A stretch of DNA of 64,000 nt from Podarcis filfolensis. Taxonomy: Eukaryota. Below the pieces are notes generated by a model that did not search any database, was not told the origin of the DNA, and saw only the letters and a program-made list of their open reading frames with translations. The stretch lies in NCBI GenBank assembly GCA_964270895.1, contig OZ185445.1. One strand, given 5' to 3'. The translations under genes were made by a program, and so were the position numbers. Shown here in pieces: positions 33,681-45,694 of this stretch (its first letter is position 1; every line of letters begins with the position of its first letter).

Positions 33681-34505
33681 GGTAGGTTTTTTCTGTGATT
33701 TTCATCACAAGAATGACTTGCAACATAACACAGCAATCAGCCTTCAAAGTCCTGCTTTAGTTCTCCAGATGGAAATGGCCCGAGATGAAACGAAACAGCC
33801 TTATTCATACTAAAGGTATACAACCATTATGTTATGTGCCAACATATAAGAGCTTCAATTATGTTAAAACACATATAATTGTACCTGAAGACAGCAACTT
33901 AAAAAAAAAAAAACTGCAATTGCACAACTTAGCAGCGTTCGCAGAATAATGGCCTCTCCCTTTGACAACAAAGCACAAACTTCAATGGCATTCATGGGTG
34001 GAAAAATTAAGTCACTTTGCATTTTGTACGGCTGACAAGAAAACAGATTGCCACCAAGGTGTGTCAGACTTTCATCAGAGGCACCTGATATTTGCTAGTG
34101 CTTTCCAATAACTTAATAATGCATGACTCAAAGGTATACGTGCGTAAGAGGCCAGTGCTTCTGTGAGCTCCCAGTGTAGGCTTATATTTGGGAAAGCATG
34201 TGTAGAGTAGTCCAGAGCTAGACTTTGGTGGCAGTGTATGCTCCTCAGGATCCATGCACATGCCCCAAGGGATGGATCCTGTGTCTTCCCACTCAGTTTG
34301 TCAGTTACAGCAATAGCATCAAGAAGGCATCTCGGGTGAAGGGCTGTGGAATGTTCTAGGCTCAATCTGTGGCATCTCTGGGTAGGTTGATGAACGGTTG
34401 GCTAAGACACAGTGACTGGCCCAAGCTCAGTCTGTGAGCTCAGTGGGGACTGGAATCCAAGTCTCCCCTGTACCGATTTGTACTCTCAAATTACCATAGC
34501 AGAAA

Positions 34506-34876
34506 TAAAGGTAAGATAAATGCCCCCTGGACGGTTAAGTACAGTCAAAGGTGACTATGGGGTGTGGCTTCATCTCGCTTCAGGCCGAGGGAACCAGCGT
34601 TTGTCCACAGACAGCTTTCCGGGACATGTGGCCAGCATGACCAAACTGCTTCTGGCAGAATGGGACACTGTCAGAAACCAGAGCACACAGAAACACTGTT
34701 TACCTTCCCGCCACAGCTGTACCTATTTATCTACTTGTGCTGGCTTGCTTTCAAACTGCTAGGTTGGAAGAAGCTGGGACAGAGCAGCAGGAGCTCACCC
34801 CATCACATGGATTTGAACCACCAACCTTCTGATCGGCAATCCCAAGAGGTTCAGTGATTTAGACCACAGTGCCACC
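34506..34876 (-). mobile_element. Sauria SINE, older/other subfamily
   Basis: Reverse-complement homology with the 3368 and 26352 copies (CATGTGGCCAGCATGAC, TACCTATTTATCTACTTG, GGAGCTCACCCC). Confidence 0.85.
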
Positions 34877-36029
34877 TGTTCTGTAGGAAAATTAGCTGTG
34901 TAGGGAATTAGTGGCATATCAGTTTGTTGTTTTCAAATACAGGGAAATATTCTGACATCGAACTCATCACCTTGCTAGACAGTGCTACCCCTGTACAACG
35001 CATAGGAGGCAACAAGTTGACTGATCACAGCCCTTAAAAGCACAGGATTTAAGTTCCTTCTCTGCTGTTGCATTCCTGGGTGGCATGGAGTTAAGTGACT
35101 GCATCCTCTAAATTCCACCAGCGTATTGTATACAGAGACGAAACTTTCCCCCCAGAAAGTAATTGTGAAGGTCAAGAGAACAGCTGCTAAGTGCTTTGCC
35201 ATTAAGTACTACTAAATCTAAACATTAACTTTTGTGGGCAGGCATTGTACAGATCCCCTGCCCAGAGGCCTAACAATCTAGGGCTCACTAGAAGGAAGAA
35301 TGGAGAGTCGTAAAAATTGAAGTATGCTGACTGATGCCCCACAATGCCCAAATGCACAGGAGACGAGTCCCAAAAGGGTGCTTTAGGATGCAGCTGTAGC
35401 AAATAAGAATGGTCCTAATTTTGAGGCAGGGATTGATGACTGAGAGGGAGATACCCTGCCTTGTACCCTTTTATGATGGACGACCCAATAATGTATGAGG
35501 ATGGGCAGATACAAAGGGCTCTTTTATTCTCAGCCTGAAGAAGGACCAGCTAACTTTGAGAAGTGATTGAAGGAGGGCAGGATGCAGATAAATGGAACCA
35601 AATTTCTACAAGGTGAAAAAAGCCAGGTGTCAGTGTATGGACTCACCCATGTTGGAAGGAAGTGAACAAAGCCAATGATATTGGTTGTATGAGAAGGAGA
35701 AGTACGGCCTACAACAAAATGCTGCAGTATATTCTCAGAATATACTCAGAACCCCAGACATTGCATTCCCTTTCCTGCTGGTTTTTCATTCCTACTCTCC
35801 ACAAATTAACTTGAATTCTGTGCCTCATGCAGCATGCTCAAACCTCCCTGGAGTCTTTTCTGTGGCTCCCTTTAAGAGTCCCCCCCCCCATCTGCATACT
35901 TTGCAGTTATCTCAAGACCACTGATGCCTCCCCTATGTGCATGGATAGTGCTATCTGGGCTAGGCAAGGACCAGCTCTTGGATAATGAAGATTGCTACCA
36001 GTGTATATATGCATATAAATTATATCATA

Positions 36030-36314
36030 AAACTCCTTCTTAGTACAAGCATTTTATTCCACTGCATCAGGTTCTGACCGTCCCCATGTAAACTAGCAGA
36101 GATGGTGCATACTAAAACGTGCCAGAAGTTACAGCCACGTGCTCAGCAAAACCAGACAGTGACCAAAGCCTTCGGCCATCATTACTCTACATTGAAACAC
36201 ATCATAAGCAACATAGTAGATGCACGATAAAGCAAGAGGCAGGCAGCTGCGATTTCATTTCCAGAAGATAGTGCAGTAGCATGAGGTAGTGCTGTCCTCC
36301 AGTCCATTGCTGCT
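36030..36314 (-). other. GLRX: GLRX exon 3 (non-coding 3' UTR exon)
   Basis: Strong minus-strand acceptor tgtcccttttttttaattttcag|AGCAGC at 36315/36314, with AATAAA 256 nt downstream. The 3' end is approximate. Confidence 0.75.
36053..36058 (-). terminator. GLRX polyadenylation signal AATAAA
   Basis: TTTATT on + strand at the end of the inferred exon 3. Confidence 0.65.
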
Positions 36315-36471
36315 CTGAAAATTAAAAAAAAGGGACACATTATGAACACTGGAAGGTTTCCATGAAATGACATTTGGCAGCTATGAAGATCTTGAGCAGT
36401 ACTTTGGGCGAAAGCTTGGTTTCAAAAAAGAAACCCATCACCACTGAGACGATTATACTGGAAATGCAATA

Positions 36472-36713
36472 CAGTGGTACCTCGGTTTTTGAACGTCTCC
36501 ATTGATGAACATTTCGGTTTTTGAACGCTGTAAACCCAGAAGTAAATGCCTGAGTTTTCGAACACACCTCAGAAGTCGAACATGCCATGCAGCTTCCGCT
36601 GAGTGCAAGATCCTGGGGCCAAGCTATTGGCTATTTAGTTTTTGGTTTTTGAATGTTTCGGAACTCGAACGGTCTTCTGGAACGGATTACGTTCAAAAAC
36701 CGAGGTACCACTA
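36472..36713. mobile_element. Tc1/mariner-superfamily MITE, subfamily B
   Basis: TA|CAGTGGTACCTCGGTTTTTGAAC ... GTTCAAAAACCGAGGTACCACTA|TA. Confidence 0.88.
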
Positions 36714-38691
36714 TAGTTGAAAAAAGAATATTAAGTGACCAATAACTGCCCTGGACTGTGCAAACCTATCCAAACTATGTTTTCTGCACTCTCTCTGTTG
36801 GTGCAAAAGTGTACCGAGATGGTTGCACACCATTATAAGGCTCTCACTTCTTTGCACAGTAGGAACAGTTAGCAATTTTAGTAGTTGCACTTCCTATTGC
36901 CTCCTCCAGTGAGTGATGCCCCTCTGTTAAAAGCAGAGGCTTAAAGGTTACAACCACACCATGCACTTAAAGCACATTGCTTCCAGCAAAGTATCCTGGG
37001 AAATGTAGTTTGTTAACGGTACTGGGGAACTGTATCTCTGTGAAGGGTAAACTACAAGGCCCAGGAATCTTTGGGAAAAGCTGTTGCTTTAATTATATGG
37101 CGTGGATGTAAGTGCAACTTGAACTGAAGCAATGACTACAGTTGGCAAGGACTGGCACTTATTCTGCGGCACAGGGTTAGCATAAACTACCTCTAGCTGA
37201 CTTGGAGGGTGAAGTCACTGCTCTGTGGGAATGAGAAAGGTTAACAGGCTCTGCAGAACATATTGAAAAGCTCCTTTCTCCAGCTGTTGCTTCCAGCGTT
37301 CCAAGCCAGGCTCCCAGACAGAAGGACATAGAGAATGCTTCCAAGGGTAACTGACCTGTGAAGCAGCTGTTCATTTCCAGAGATCAGGCATTTGCAAACC
37401 CCTGCATGTTTCCAACCCTATTATTTCAAGTGTCTAGGCCTTCGGAAGAGCTGTGTGCTTGGCCTAGAAAAAGTATCTCCCCCCCCCCCGCCTCTGGTAT
37501 GCTCTTTTCAACTAATACAATTCAGGAAATCAACCGCCCTACAATATCTAGCTGCAAGCAAGATGCTGGCAAGCCTCGTTTCTCTTCATCTGATGCAGCA
37601 TGAGATGCCAACATACGTTCTTGCCATTTTAAAGTTGCCTCCTCATTCCTGCAGCAAGATTCCTCTGTACATTTTAAAAATACTTTTGGAGCAAGCTTTT
37701 CTCAAAATAAACCTCTGTGCAGATCAGGAATCCTTTATGCTGTTTGTGGGAGCAGCCAGTCACATGTTTCTGCTTTGTATGCAAGGAATTGCACTGGCAA
37801 CTACTTGAGCTATGCTCATCTTCCCCAACCTGGTGCCCTCCTGATGTTTTTTTGTTTGTGGGTTGTTGTTTTTTTTACTACAACTCCAGCCAGCATGGCC
37901 AACAACAACATTACTTTTATTGGAGTCAAACAACATGCTATGCAAAGCATGCAGCTACGAATTTTTATTAACATGAAGCATGAGGGAATCGTAATGGGTA
38001 CCACAATGCATGGGGAAATGAAGTTTAAACCTTCCTTCCACCACCAGGATCATGACCAGAGTCCCTTCCTGTCACAGCCACTTGCTTTATTAAAAAGCAC
38101 CCAGCTACGGCTAATGGTTATATGCGGATGCAATTGCAGCAAGGGAGGGAAGGTTGAAACCTCCTCTCCCTATGTGCTACCTGATACAATTCCACCCACC
38201 CCACTGTTAGAAACTCAGATATATATATAAGCTAGGCACCAAATGGCTCCTTAAACCAGGGTTACAGTCGCCAAAACAGAATGTCTAGTCGCCATTTGGG
38301 GGCCAGACAGCTCAGAAGGCTGTCTTTTTCAATAGAACGTTTTGGTTCCTTAAATTCGTTCTGATGGTACAGATAAAATACCATGGATAGAATTATAAAG
38401 GATATGTTGTTGTTAGTGTGTGAAAACAGGCAAGATCCAAGGACCTCCAGGCAGGCTCCTCCAGATCTTGGAGATGTCAGGTGTTATCCTGGTTGTCTTC
38501 GTTTGGTCACAAGTGGCCAATAGCTGGTGAATTTTGAACTCTGCCACAGACCACTTAGTATTAAGCAAAACGAAACACTAGATGTACTGCTCTTACGTAT
38601 TGAATGTAACACATAGTTTGGCTCACAGGGCTGCATCTGCATTTCTTCCTCATTCTCAAGTTGGCTGGATAGCATATCCAAACACTTACCT

Positions 38692-38802
38692 TCACAAGGC
38701 TCCAATCTTCTGCAAAATGGATTTAAGTTCTCCACTCCTATATAGAGTGTCCAGGTCTGTAAAACCACCTATACACTTTTCTCCAATAAAGACACGAGGG
38801 AC
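38692..38802 (-). CDS. GLRX: GLRX exon 2 coding part (VPRVFIG...KIGAL*)
   Basis: Acceptor ttcttctag|GTC, TGA at 38694-38692, then 2 nt of UTR and donor AG|gtaagt (exon ends 38690). Confidence 0.95.
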   Translation of the reverse strand, partial: VPRVFIGEKCIGGFTDLDTLYRSGELKSILQKIGAL

Positions 38803-41800
38803 CTAGAAGAAGTGGTTAAAGTTGTTAGTTAGGATTACTCGGCAAAGAAAAACGGATTTTAGGAGCATAGTCTCCTAGGGAGGCAGGAGCTTAAAACAGA
38901 GCTATAAGAATGACAGCAAAAGATAAACGGTAAGAGAGAGAGAGGTGGCAGCTTGACTGCTAAGTTAGAGGAATAAGGGTAGTGCAGGGCTGGAGAACTG
39001 GATCTGGCCAGCAGACCTGATCCTTATCTCCCCTACATTTATGGGTGAAATTTGACAGTTGGGTGTGGCCAGACACCTGCCAATCACCCGATGTCACAAT
39101 GACATTTGGTGATGGGGTGCTTTGAAGTACCGACAATAGTACCGGCTTACATAGAATCCTGTGTGGGGCTTTGAAGTGCCAGGTAGCTGATAGTCAGAGT
39201 TCAAGGTCCAGAAAAAGGCTCTTTGAAAGTCCTGGCTGGCTACAGAGTTCCTCATGGAGCTCTGATCCCAGAGACCTTGAAGTGCAAGGTCTGAGAGGCT
39301 GACAGGCACTTACTTGAAGTTCTGCTTTTCTCCTGCGTTCCCTATGGAGAACTCCGTAAGGCAGTCGTTGTCAGCTGGTTTGCTCTCACTCTCAGTCAGC
39401 TGACTCACAGTGACAACATGCCTCCCTTGCCAATGCATAATCAGGAGTGCGTTTTAAGGTTCCCAACTGGGCATTGGCAGCCACACCCCCACCTGCCCCT
39501 CACCTGACACTGTATGTGATGTCAGGTGCATGCAGCTAGCGGTGAAGCAACCTGATCCAGTACCCGGAGCGGCGCTTGTTCCAGGGGGTGCGGTGCGCAT
39601 CCTGGGGGGTGCATTTTGTCATCCTTCCTTTGGAATGGTACCCGGTGCGCGCCCCCGCCCCCCTCTCAGAACGCCCCTGCATGCAGCAAGTTGGTGTGGG
39701 GAGAAGAAAAAATATACAGCCTCCCAGGGTTAATTGAGACCCATGCCAGGCCTAATTAAGCCTGTGGATCAGAGCTTCCTCACTCCTGGAGTGAACAGGA
39801 TTTCCAGGTACAAATCTGAAGACTCTTTCCCCTCACTTAAGGTGCCGGAAGTTCCCAAGACGGTATACAGTGATGGCACCTCTTCCAATAATTCCTTCCA
39901 TCTGCTTCTCTTCCGTGTTGTGAACCATGGGATAGAGTGGCAAGCAAATGGAACAGAACAGCAGGGCCAAAATCCCACAAGGTCACATCTGTATCTTGCA
40001 GGCCATAAAGACACGTTCTTGCCGTGTGTGATGCTGTAAATTTCAGGGCAAGCAATACTAGAGGCAGCTCATCTCTTCAGGATGCAGAAAAGACTGTTGT
40101 AACAAGAACTATTGCAGCTGAATCTCAGGTAACAGGAAATTTGCACATGACAAATTTCCATCAGGAGCAGGTGTGATTTACCTTCCCATGCACTATGGCA
40201 AAGGTCACTGTGCCATAGGCCTTGGACTTCATTGCCTAGATTTGCATAACTTGCTTTTGCCAAGGAGGAAGTGCCTTCTTAGCACTAAGGATTCTTGTTG
40301 CAGCTTGCAGTAACTCTCAGAAGGCCCCTATCCAGAACTCCAGAACATTTGAAGACCAGTGACATGTGCCTGCCGTCATTTTTGGCCTGAAGCTAATGTA
40401 TCAGGAGGTTTTACTCAACATCTCTTATCTGTTGCTCACCAGCACAGTACAAAGCTCCTCACATGAAGCCCTGTTTTGCGGCATTAAGCTGTGGATTTTA
40501 ATCGGAGGTGCTGTTCTCAGTGCAATAATATTAAGTTTAATTAGATATAGGTCCCCACAATACAACAGGCACAGTCCCTCGTTCCTTCTGAAGTTCTGTG
40601 GTGCAAATCCCATTGAGGTGAATGGGATGGGCAACCACCCAACCATACTTCTATACAGGTTCTGTTCATTTCAGTGGGACTTGCAAACAGGGAATTCCCA
40701 GGGGATTTGGCTTCTACTGGCTCTCCAAGAAGAAACCTCTGAAATCAGAAGAAAGGTCCTTCAGGATTATTCTGCCATAGTGGCCCACCTATGGGAAGTC
40801 CCATAGAGGTAATATATACCCCATCCTGAATGATAGCCACCAAAAGCTCTATCGATAAATTTATCTAATCCCCTTTTAAAGCAATTCAAGTTGGTAGCCA
40901 ATTCCAGTTACGTATGCACTATGTGAAGCAGTGCACCCAGTTGTCTGTCCTGAATCTTCCAACATTCATCTCCACTGGATGACCCCAGAGAGAAGGAGAT
41001 AAACTTTTTTTCTAAGCTAAAAGCCCCCCAAAGCTTGTAACCTTTCCTCATGGTGATGTTGCTCTACATTTGGGTTCCTCTTTCTTTGAACCTTTCTCCA
41101 TTTCTACAGCATCTCCCCCCTTTTTTTGACGAGGCAACCAAGACTGTATACAGTATACCCTGTTGCCCCACAGATTTGTATAGAGTTATTATGACATGCA
41201 GTTAAGTGCAGCTGTTCCTTTGTTTTACATCCAGCTCGGAAAGGGGAAACAGAAGTGCTGCCCATTAACTTTATGCATTATAGGCAGCCATTCAAGAGAC
41301 AAGGGCAGGGCCAGCAGAAATGTTGGCAACCCACCAATGGACTGTGCCAATTATCATCATGGTTGAGACACCATGCGCCTCATTTACAACTGGGGTGGCT
41401 CCAAGAAGCTGTTGGGAGTCTAAATTCCCATCAGGTCTAGCCAGCCCAGCTGATGGTCAGGGATGATGGGAGATGGACTCCAGTAACAAAAGGAGAGCCG
41501 CTGAGGTAGAAATTCTGAAAACCTGTGGTCAGAGAAGTCAGCTTCATATACGCAAGGGTATGGCCTGTGCACAAAACTCACAGACTCTTCGCCCTGCAGT
41601 GCATAACTAAATGGAAATCTGACTAATTGAGAATTCCAAAAGGGATTTACCTCCCTTGCCAAACACCCTGCCCTGTTAAGAAATCTGAATTCCCTAAAGC
41701 GTCCCTGCTCCAGGCATGTTGCTCATCTTGAAAAGTTTGAAGGAAGCCGCTGCGTTAAGTTTCACAAAGGGAAGAAGTGGCACAGGAAGGCAGACCTTAT

Positions 41801-43606
41801 GGCTTCTCTATTACAACATGAGAATGAGCTTGTTACGTCTTAACTTACATTATAGTTGCCGCATGTTCTTTTGGAAACAGTAAAAGGTTTTACAGGAGTG
41901 ATCTATCAGGCTGCTAGTCCGGTCCACCCCTGGAGGGACTGGTTTTAAGTACAGTACTTAAAATACTGAAATATTTCCATTTCTGTGTACACTAGTTACA
42001 ATATATTTCAAAAGAGTCACACCTTACTAGCTATGTTTCAAAAGACTTGCATCTTTCTAGGTACAACGTTTCAAAAGACCCGCTTCTTAGTAGTTATGTT
42101 TCAAAAGACTTACATTGTGTCTTACAAAAATCTTTCTCACCTATAGAAGAATTCTGGAAACTGTTCCAGAAGATGTGCATTGGTGCTATGAGTGTCAAGA
42201 ATGATTTATCTTACCCATCACATCTCATGTGACACTTGCTCTCATCACCACCACCATCATTTATATATACTGCTTGATTGTAAGAAAACAAAGCAGTTTA
42301 CATGTGCCTACATGTCTTCTTCTTTTTTTTTAAGGGCTGCTTGGACTCTGTTAAATCCCACAATGGAAAAAAGTAGAGCAGGATGGTGTGTTAGCTTGCT
42401 AACCCCACCATAGCCTAAATGAGCATGACTTTGAACCCTTCTGCACTACACATTTAAAGTGGTTTGAAACCTCTATTGAACAGCGATGGCTTCTCCCCAA
42501 GAATCCTGGAAACCATAGTTTTTTAAGGCTGTTGATAATTTTTGGGAGACACCTGTTCTCATAGAGTTAGCAGTTTCTAGAGTACCCGGGGAAGAGGGAT
42601 TGGTTGTTAAATTACAGAGTTGCAGCTCTGTGAGGGGAACAGGGGTTTCCCTAACAACTCTCAGCACCTCCCTCTGTAGCTCACCCCCTAACTTCAGGTG
42701 AGCTACAAGCAAAAAAATACCTCACAAGGACATATGAAGGGCAACGGGGTCCTGAGCTGCCCTGGAAGAACGGAGATCTTTGCAAAGCTGGGTAGCAGAA
42801 GTGGCCCTTAAGTTATCAGGGCCACCTCAGCTACACAGCTTTGTTTCTATCCTATCCTCACCCCCAGATGGAGCTTAAGGCAGAGCACACAATTCCCCCC
42901 CCCCCACCCCACTGTATTCACACAACAACCCTGTGAGGTAGGTAGCAAACACAAAACGCCCTATGGACCAGACCAAAAGTCTCTACAGTCCAGTATCCTG
43001 CTTCTCACAGAAAGTGACTCAGGTGGGGATGGATGGGCGTTAACGCAAGATTCCAGCAATCCTCTCGTCATTACATCGCAGCAGCGCTGAGCGCAAAGGT
43101 ATCCAAAGACAGACGCTCGTTTCCGCACAAAGTAGCCCCAGAGATCCATTGAGAGCTCAGAACCTTTGCTCAGAACTTTGCTGTAGGCGCTCAAGGCGGG
43201 GTCATTTCCTGAGCCATGCGTAAAAAGACTTCCAGTTGGAGAGCTTTTTCCAGTTGATGTCATGGGGGGTGGGAGAGCCACTTCCTACGGTAGGGTGGAG
43301 GAATCTAAAGAGAAATGCACGGCTAGAAAGCAGGAAAAAAAACCATTGCTTTCCTTCTCCCTCGCGCGCAAGAATTAGGATCATTGAAAGGAAACTCACT
43401 GTTCTGGCCCCCGTTATCTCCAAAAGATAGTCCTGGATAGCAGACATGTCGCTTCGGGTGGTGAGATCCACATACTCGAAGTGCCCAGGCTTGAGATGAA
43501 GTCCTTCCAGGAGCTTGACAGCGTCGTGGCAGTAAGGACAGCTCGACTTGCCGAACACAACCACCTTATCAGCTTTCAGCTTGCTGTTGACGAATTGCTG
43601 AGCCAT
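38692..43606 (-). CDS. GLRX: Glutaredoxin-1, whole CDS (2 coding exons, 105 aa)
   Basis: complement(join(38692-38802,43400-43606)). Translation MAQQFVNSKL...KSSCPYCHDA...TGART|VPRVFIGEKCIGGFTDL...QKIGAL*, with dithiol CPYC, TVP cis-Pro motif and GG-x-TD. Confidence 0.97.
39537..39679. mobile_element. hAT-like non-autonomous element in GLRX intron 1
   Basis: 8-bp direct repeat CATGCAGC at 39529-39536 and 39680-39687; right end GAACGCCCCTG; left end decayed; GC-rich. Confidence 0.6.
40835..41195 (-). mobile_element. Degraded CR1 LINE ORF2 3' fragment
   Basis: TTTTTTCTAAGCTAAAAGCCCCCAAAGCTTGTAACCTTTCC corresponds in reverse to LGLFSLEKR-type CR1 sequence; TATCTAATCCCCTTTTAAAG is 3'-UTR-like. 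Confidence 0.65.
42003..42130. repeat. Degenerate ~30-bp minisatellite in GLRX intron 1
   Basis: TTTCAAAAGA at 42006, 42036, 42069 and 42099, with mutually similar intervening sequence. Confidence 0.7.
43400..43606 (-). CDS. GLRX: GLRX exon 1 coding part (MAQQF...CPYC...TGART)
   Basis: ATG at 43606, 207 nt, donor ACA|gtgagt. Confidence 0.96.
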
Positions 43607-43900
43607 TCTGGGACCTTCGCCACAAGCAGCCTCGCGCAACTGGAAGATTGCAGCAGCTCCCGCCGCGCTGTGCGCTCTTTTATGAGTTGCAGCCGTCGCT
43701 CCTCCTTTAAGGGACAACACCCTGTAGGAGGAGCCCTCGCCCTCGCTTATCGGCGGCTTTCTTCTTTCTTTTTTTTTAAAAAAAATGTCAGAAAGGACTA
43801 TGAACAGTTGCCCAGTGGAAGCGTTATAGTCTGTATTCCCTACACAAGCCGTGTGGTAAATAATTTGCTGGCGCGCCCTTAGTCCATTTTGGACGGAAGT
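43607..43900 (-). promoter_or_regulatory. GLRX promoter (CpG-rich; TATA-like CATAAAA at 43684-43678)
   Basis: The CpG-rich segment runs from about 43050 to 43900. CATAAAA lies 72 nt upstream of the ATG, which fits a short 5' UTR. Confidence 0.55.
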
Positions 43901-44074
43901 TGCTTGCTTCATAGCATTTGCATGGCCTTTATTTGTTTTGGATAGAAGAGTCTTCCTTGCAGCAGTCAAACTTGCTTCCTGAGGTGCAACTCCTACAGAA
44001 CTGCGTGAGACCAACTTCCAAGTAAATATGCACAGTTTTCTGTGGGATTGAAAGGCAGGCTAGAAAGCCCTCTA

Positions 44075-44180
44075 ATGGACTCGGAAGGGAGACTAAGGGT
44101 CATCTAGTCCAACCCCCTGCAATGCAGGGGGAATCGAACCTGCAACCTTGGCATTATCAGCACTGTGGTCTAACCAACCA
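44075..44180 (-). mobile_element. tRNA(Ile)-like-headed SINE with CR1-like tail
   Basis: Minus strand GGTTAGACCACAGTGCTGATAATGCCAAGGTTGCAGGTTCGATTCCC followed by CTGCATTGCAGGGGGTTGGACTAGATGACC. Confidence 0.7.
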
Positions 44181-45057
44181 AATTAAAAGTTTGGTCTGCA
44201 ACAGAAAGTCATGCCTCTTCTTCCCTGGTGACGTTGGCATTGTATTTACTGGCTCTGCTGGGCTTGTTCATGTGACAAAATAGCCACAGAGCTAGAAGCA
44301 ACAGGTGCCTTGATACAATGCACTTTCCAAGACTGAAATCCTAAACTAGAGTGGCCAGATGCAAAAGAAGACTGGGCTCCTGTGTAGAAAATAAGAAGAA
44401 GAATAATTCATCACACAGTGTGTTTATATACTTATCTTTGGCCCAAAGGTTCCCATAGTGAACATGTTATTACAACAAAATATACAGTAAAGTAAATGCC
44501 ATAAGCCAAGCTAAGCAGGAAGCCTCATTGAACACAGTGGAATTTACTTTGGAGTAAACATATACGGGACTGCACTCCTCAGATCCTGGAAATGGAAGGG
44601 GAGGCACCCACATTGGCCGCCAGATTTATGTATTTATCACATTTTCATGTGTGTGTTTTTCTCATCAGGTATAACTGGATGCACACAACCTCTTATACTA
44701 TGCATGGAGGAACAAAAGAATAGATCAGAAGTCTCATTGAGAGCTAGCAGCTTCAGATTTTCACCTGCTTTAGGATTTCCCTCATCAGATTGAGCTGGGT
44801 GCACACATCTGGTTTTGCCCAGATTGCAAGGGCTTCTCCTGTTATATCCTCCCATGATCATAGGAAGTAGGTTATTCTGAGAATACTTACAGATCAAAAA
44901 GGGTGCAACTTCTAACACAGAGATTGGATTTTCTCTCTCTAAAAACATGGCAGGAAGGAAGGAAGGAGTCTGAAGAAACAGAGGAAATAACTTCTCTTAA
45001 TATTATAATAAAAATACATAAAAAATTGAGTTAACCTGCAACAGATTTTAAATGAAA

Positions 45058-45179
45058 AGGATTGCATCCATTTTTAGTTTTCCTCAGAGCAGACCCACTG
45101 AAATTAAAAGATCTAAGTTGATTATCTTCATTAATTTCAGTGGGTTTACTCTGAGTAAACACACCATTGGAGACAACCC
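45058..45179. mobile_element. Palindromic MITE-like repeat with 25-bp hairpin arms
   Basis: Arms 45083-45107 and 45131-45155 are 23/25 complementary. Confidence 0.75.
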
Positions 45180-45694
45180 AAAGACAATGACATTTTCACA
45201 GTGCATTTCACACAGGTGACCTGAGGAACTCCTTGCCTCCGGAAGGAGTAGCATGCTTGAACTGAAAACTATTATAGAAATCTATCAACATGATTATAAG
45301 ATTATCAGTTAGGTAAGCTGCCCATTACGTTAACGTACCAAACTGGATAGCAGGAAAAGGATTGTCCCATTTAGGACACAACCTCTGATCTCTGTATTGC
45401 AGTACAGGATATTGGGATGAATGAATGATGCATTGTTCTGACTCCCTGATTGACTAAGACTCCTCACATATGACAACTGCAGCTCTTGTGAGACTATTGC
45501 AAAACCCTTTTTGAAATGCAGTGTCATGAAACTTGGCATATTGTCAACATATAGCAACAGTGTCATCTCCACAGCCATGCTAGGAAAGCTGTGTCGCATC
45601 TGTATGTTGCTGCTAAACAAGCCACAAAGTCAGCGAATAACTCTGGACTGTCATTGCCTGTCATACTTGCAGTCCCATGTTTGTCATGTACTAC

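Noticed and set aside
36178-36205. SECIS-like ATGA..AA..TGAT in the GLRX 3' UTR (the gene ends in TGA)
   Set aside because: Only 8 nt between ATGA and AA, no complementary helix II, and the TGA is at the normal C-terminus rather than a catalytic position.
39308-39345. Strong minus-strand donor CAA|GTAAGT in GLRX intron 1 (alternative exon?)
   Set aside because: The in-frame upstream stretch hits TGA after ~17 codons with no ATG; the nearest acceptor gives a 28-nt frameshifting exon.
42006-42108. CRISPR-like repeat/spacer pattern
   Set aside because: Vertebrate intron, 10-bp repeats, spacers homologous to one another and no cas genes: a minisatellite.
43202-44014. 270-aa single-exon glutaredoxin
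   Set aside because: The ORF merely runs through exon 1 into intron 1; the true C-terminus is exon 2 at 38802-38692.
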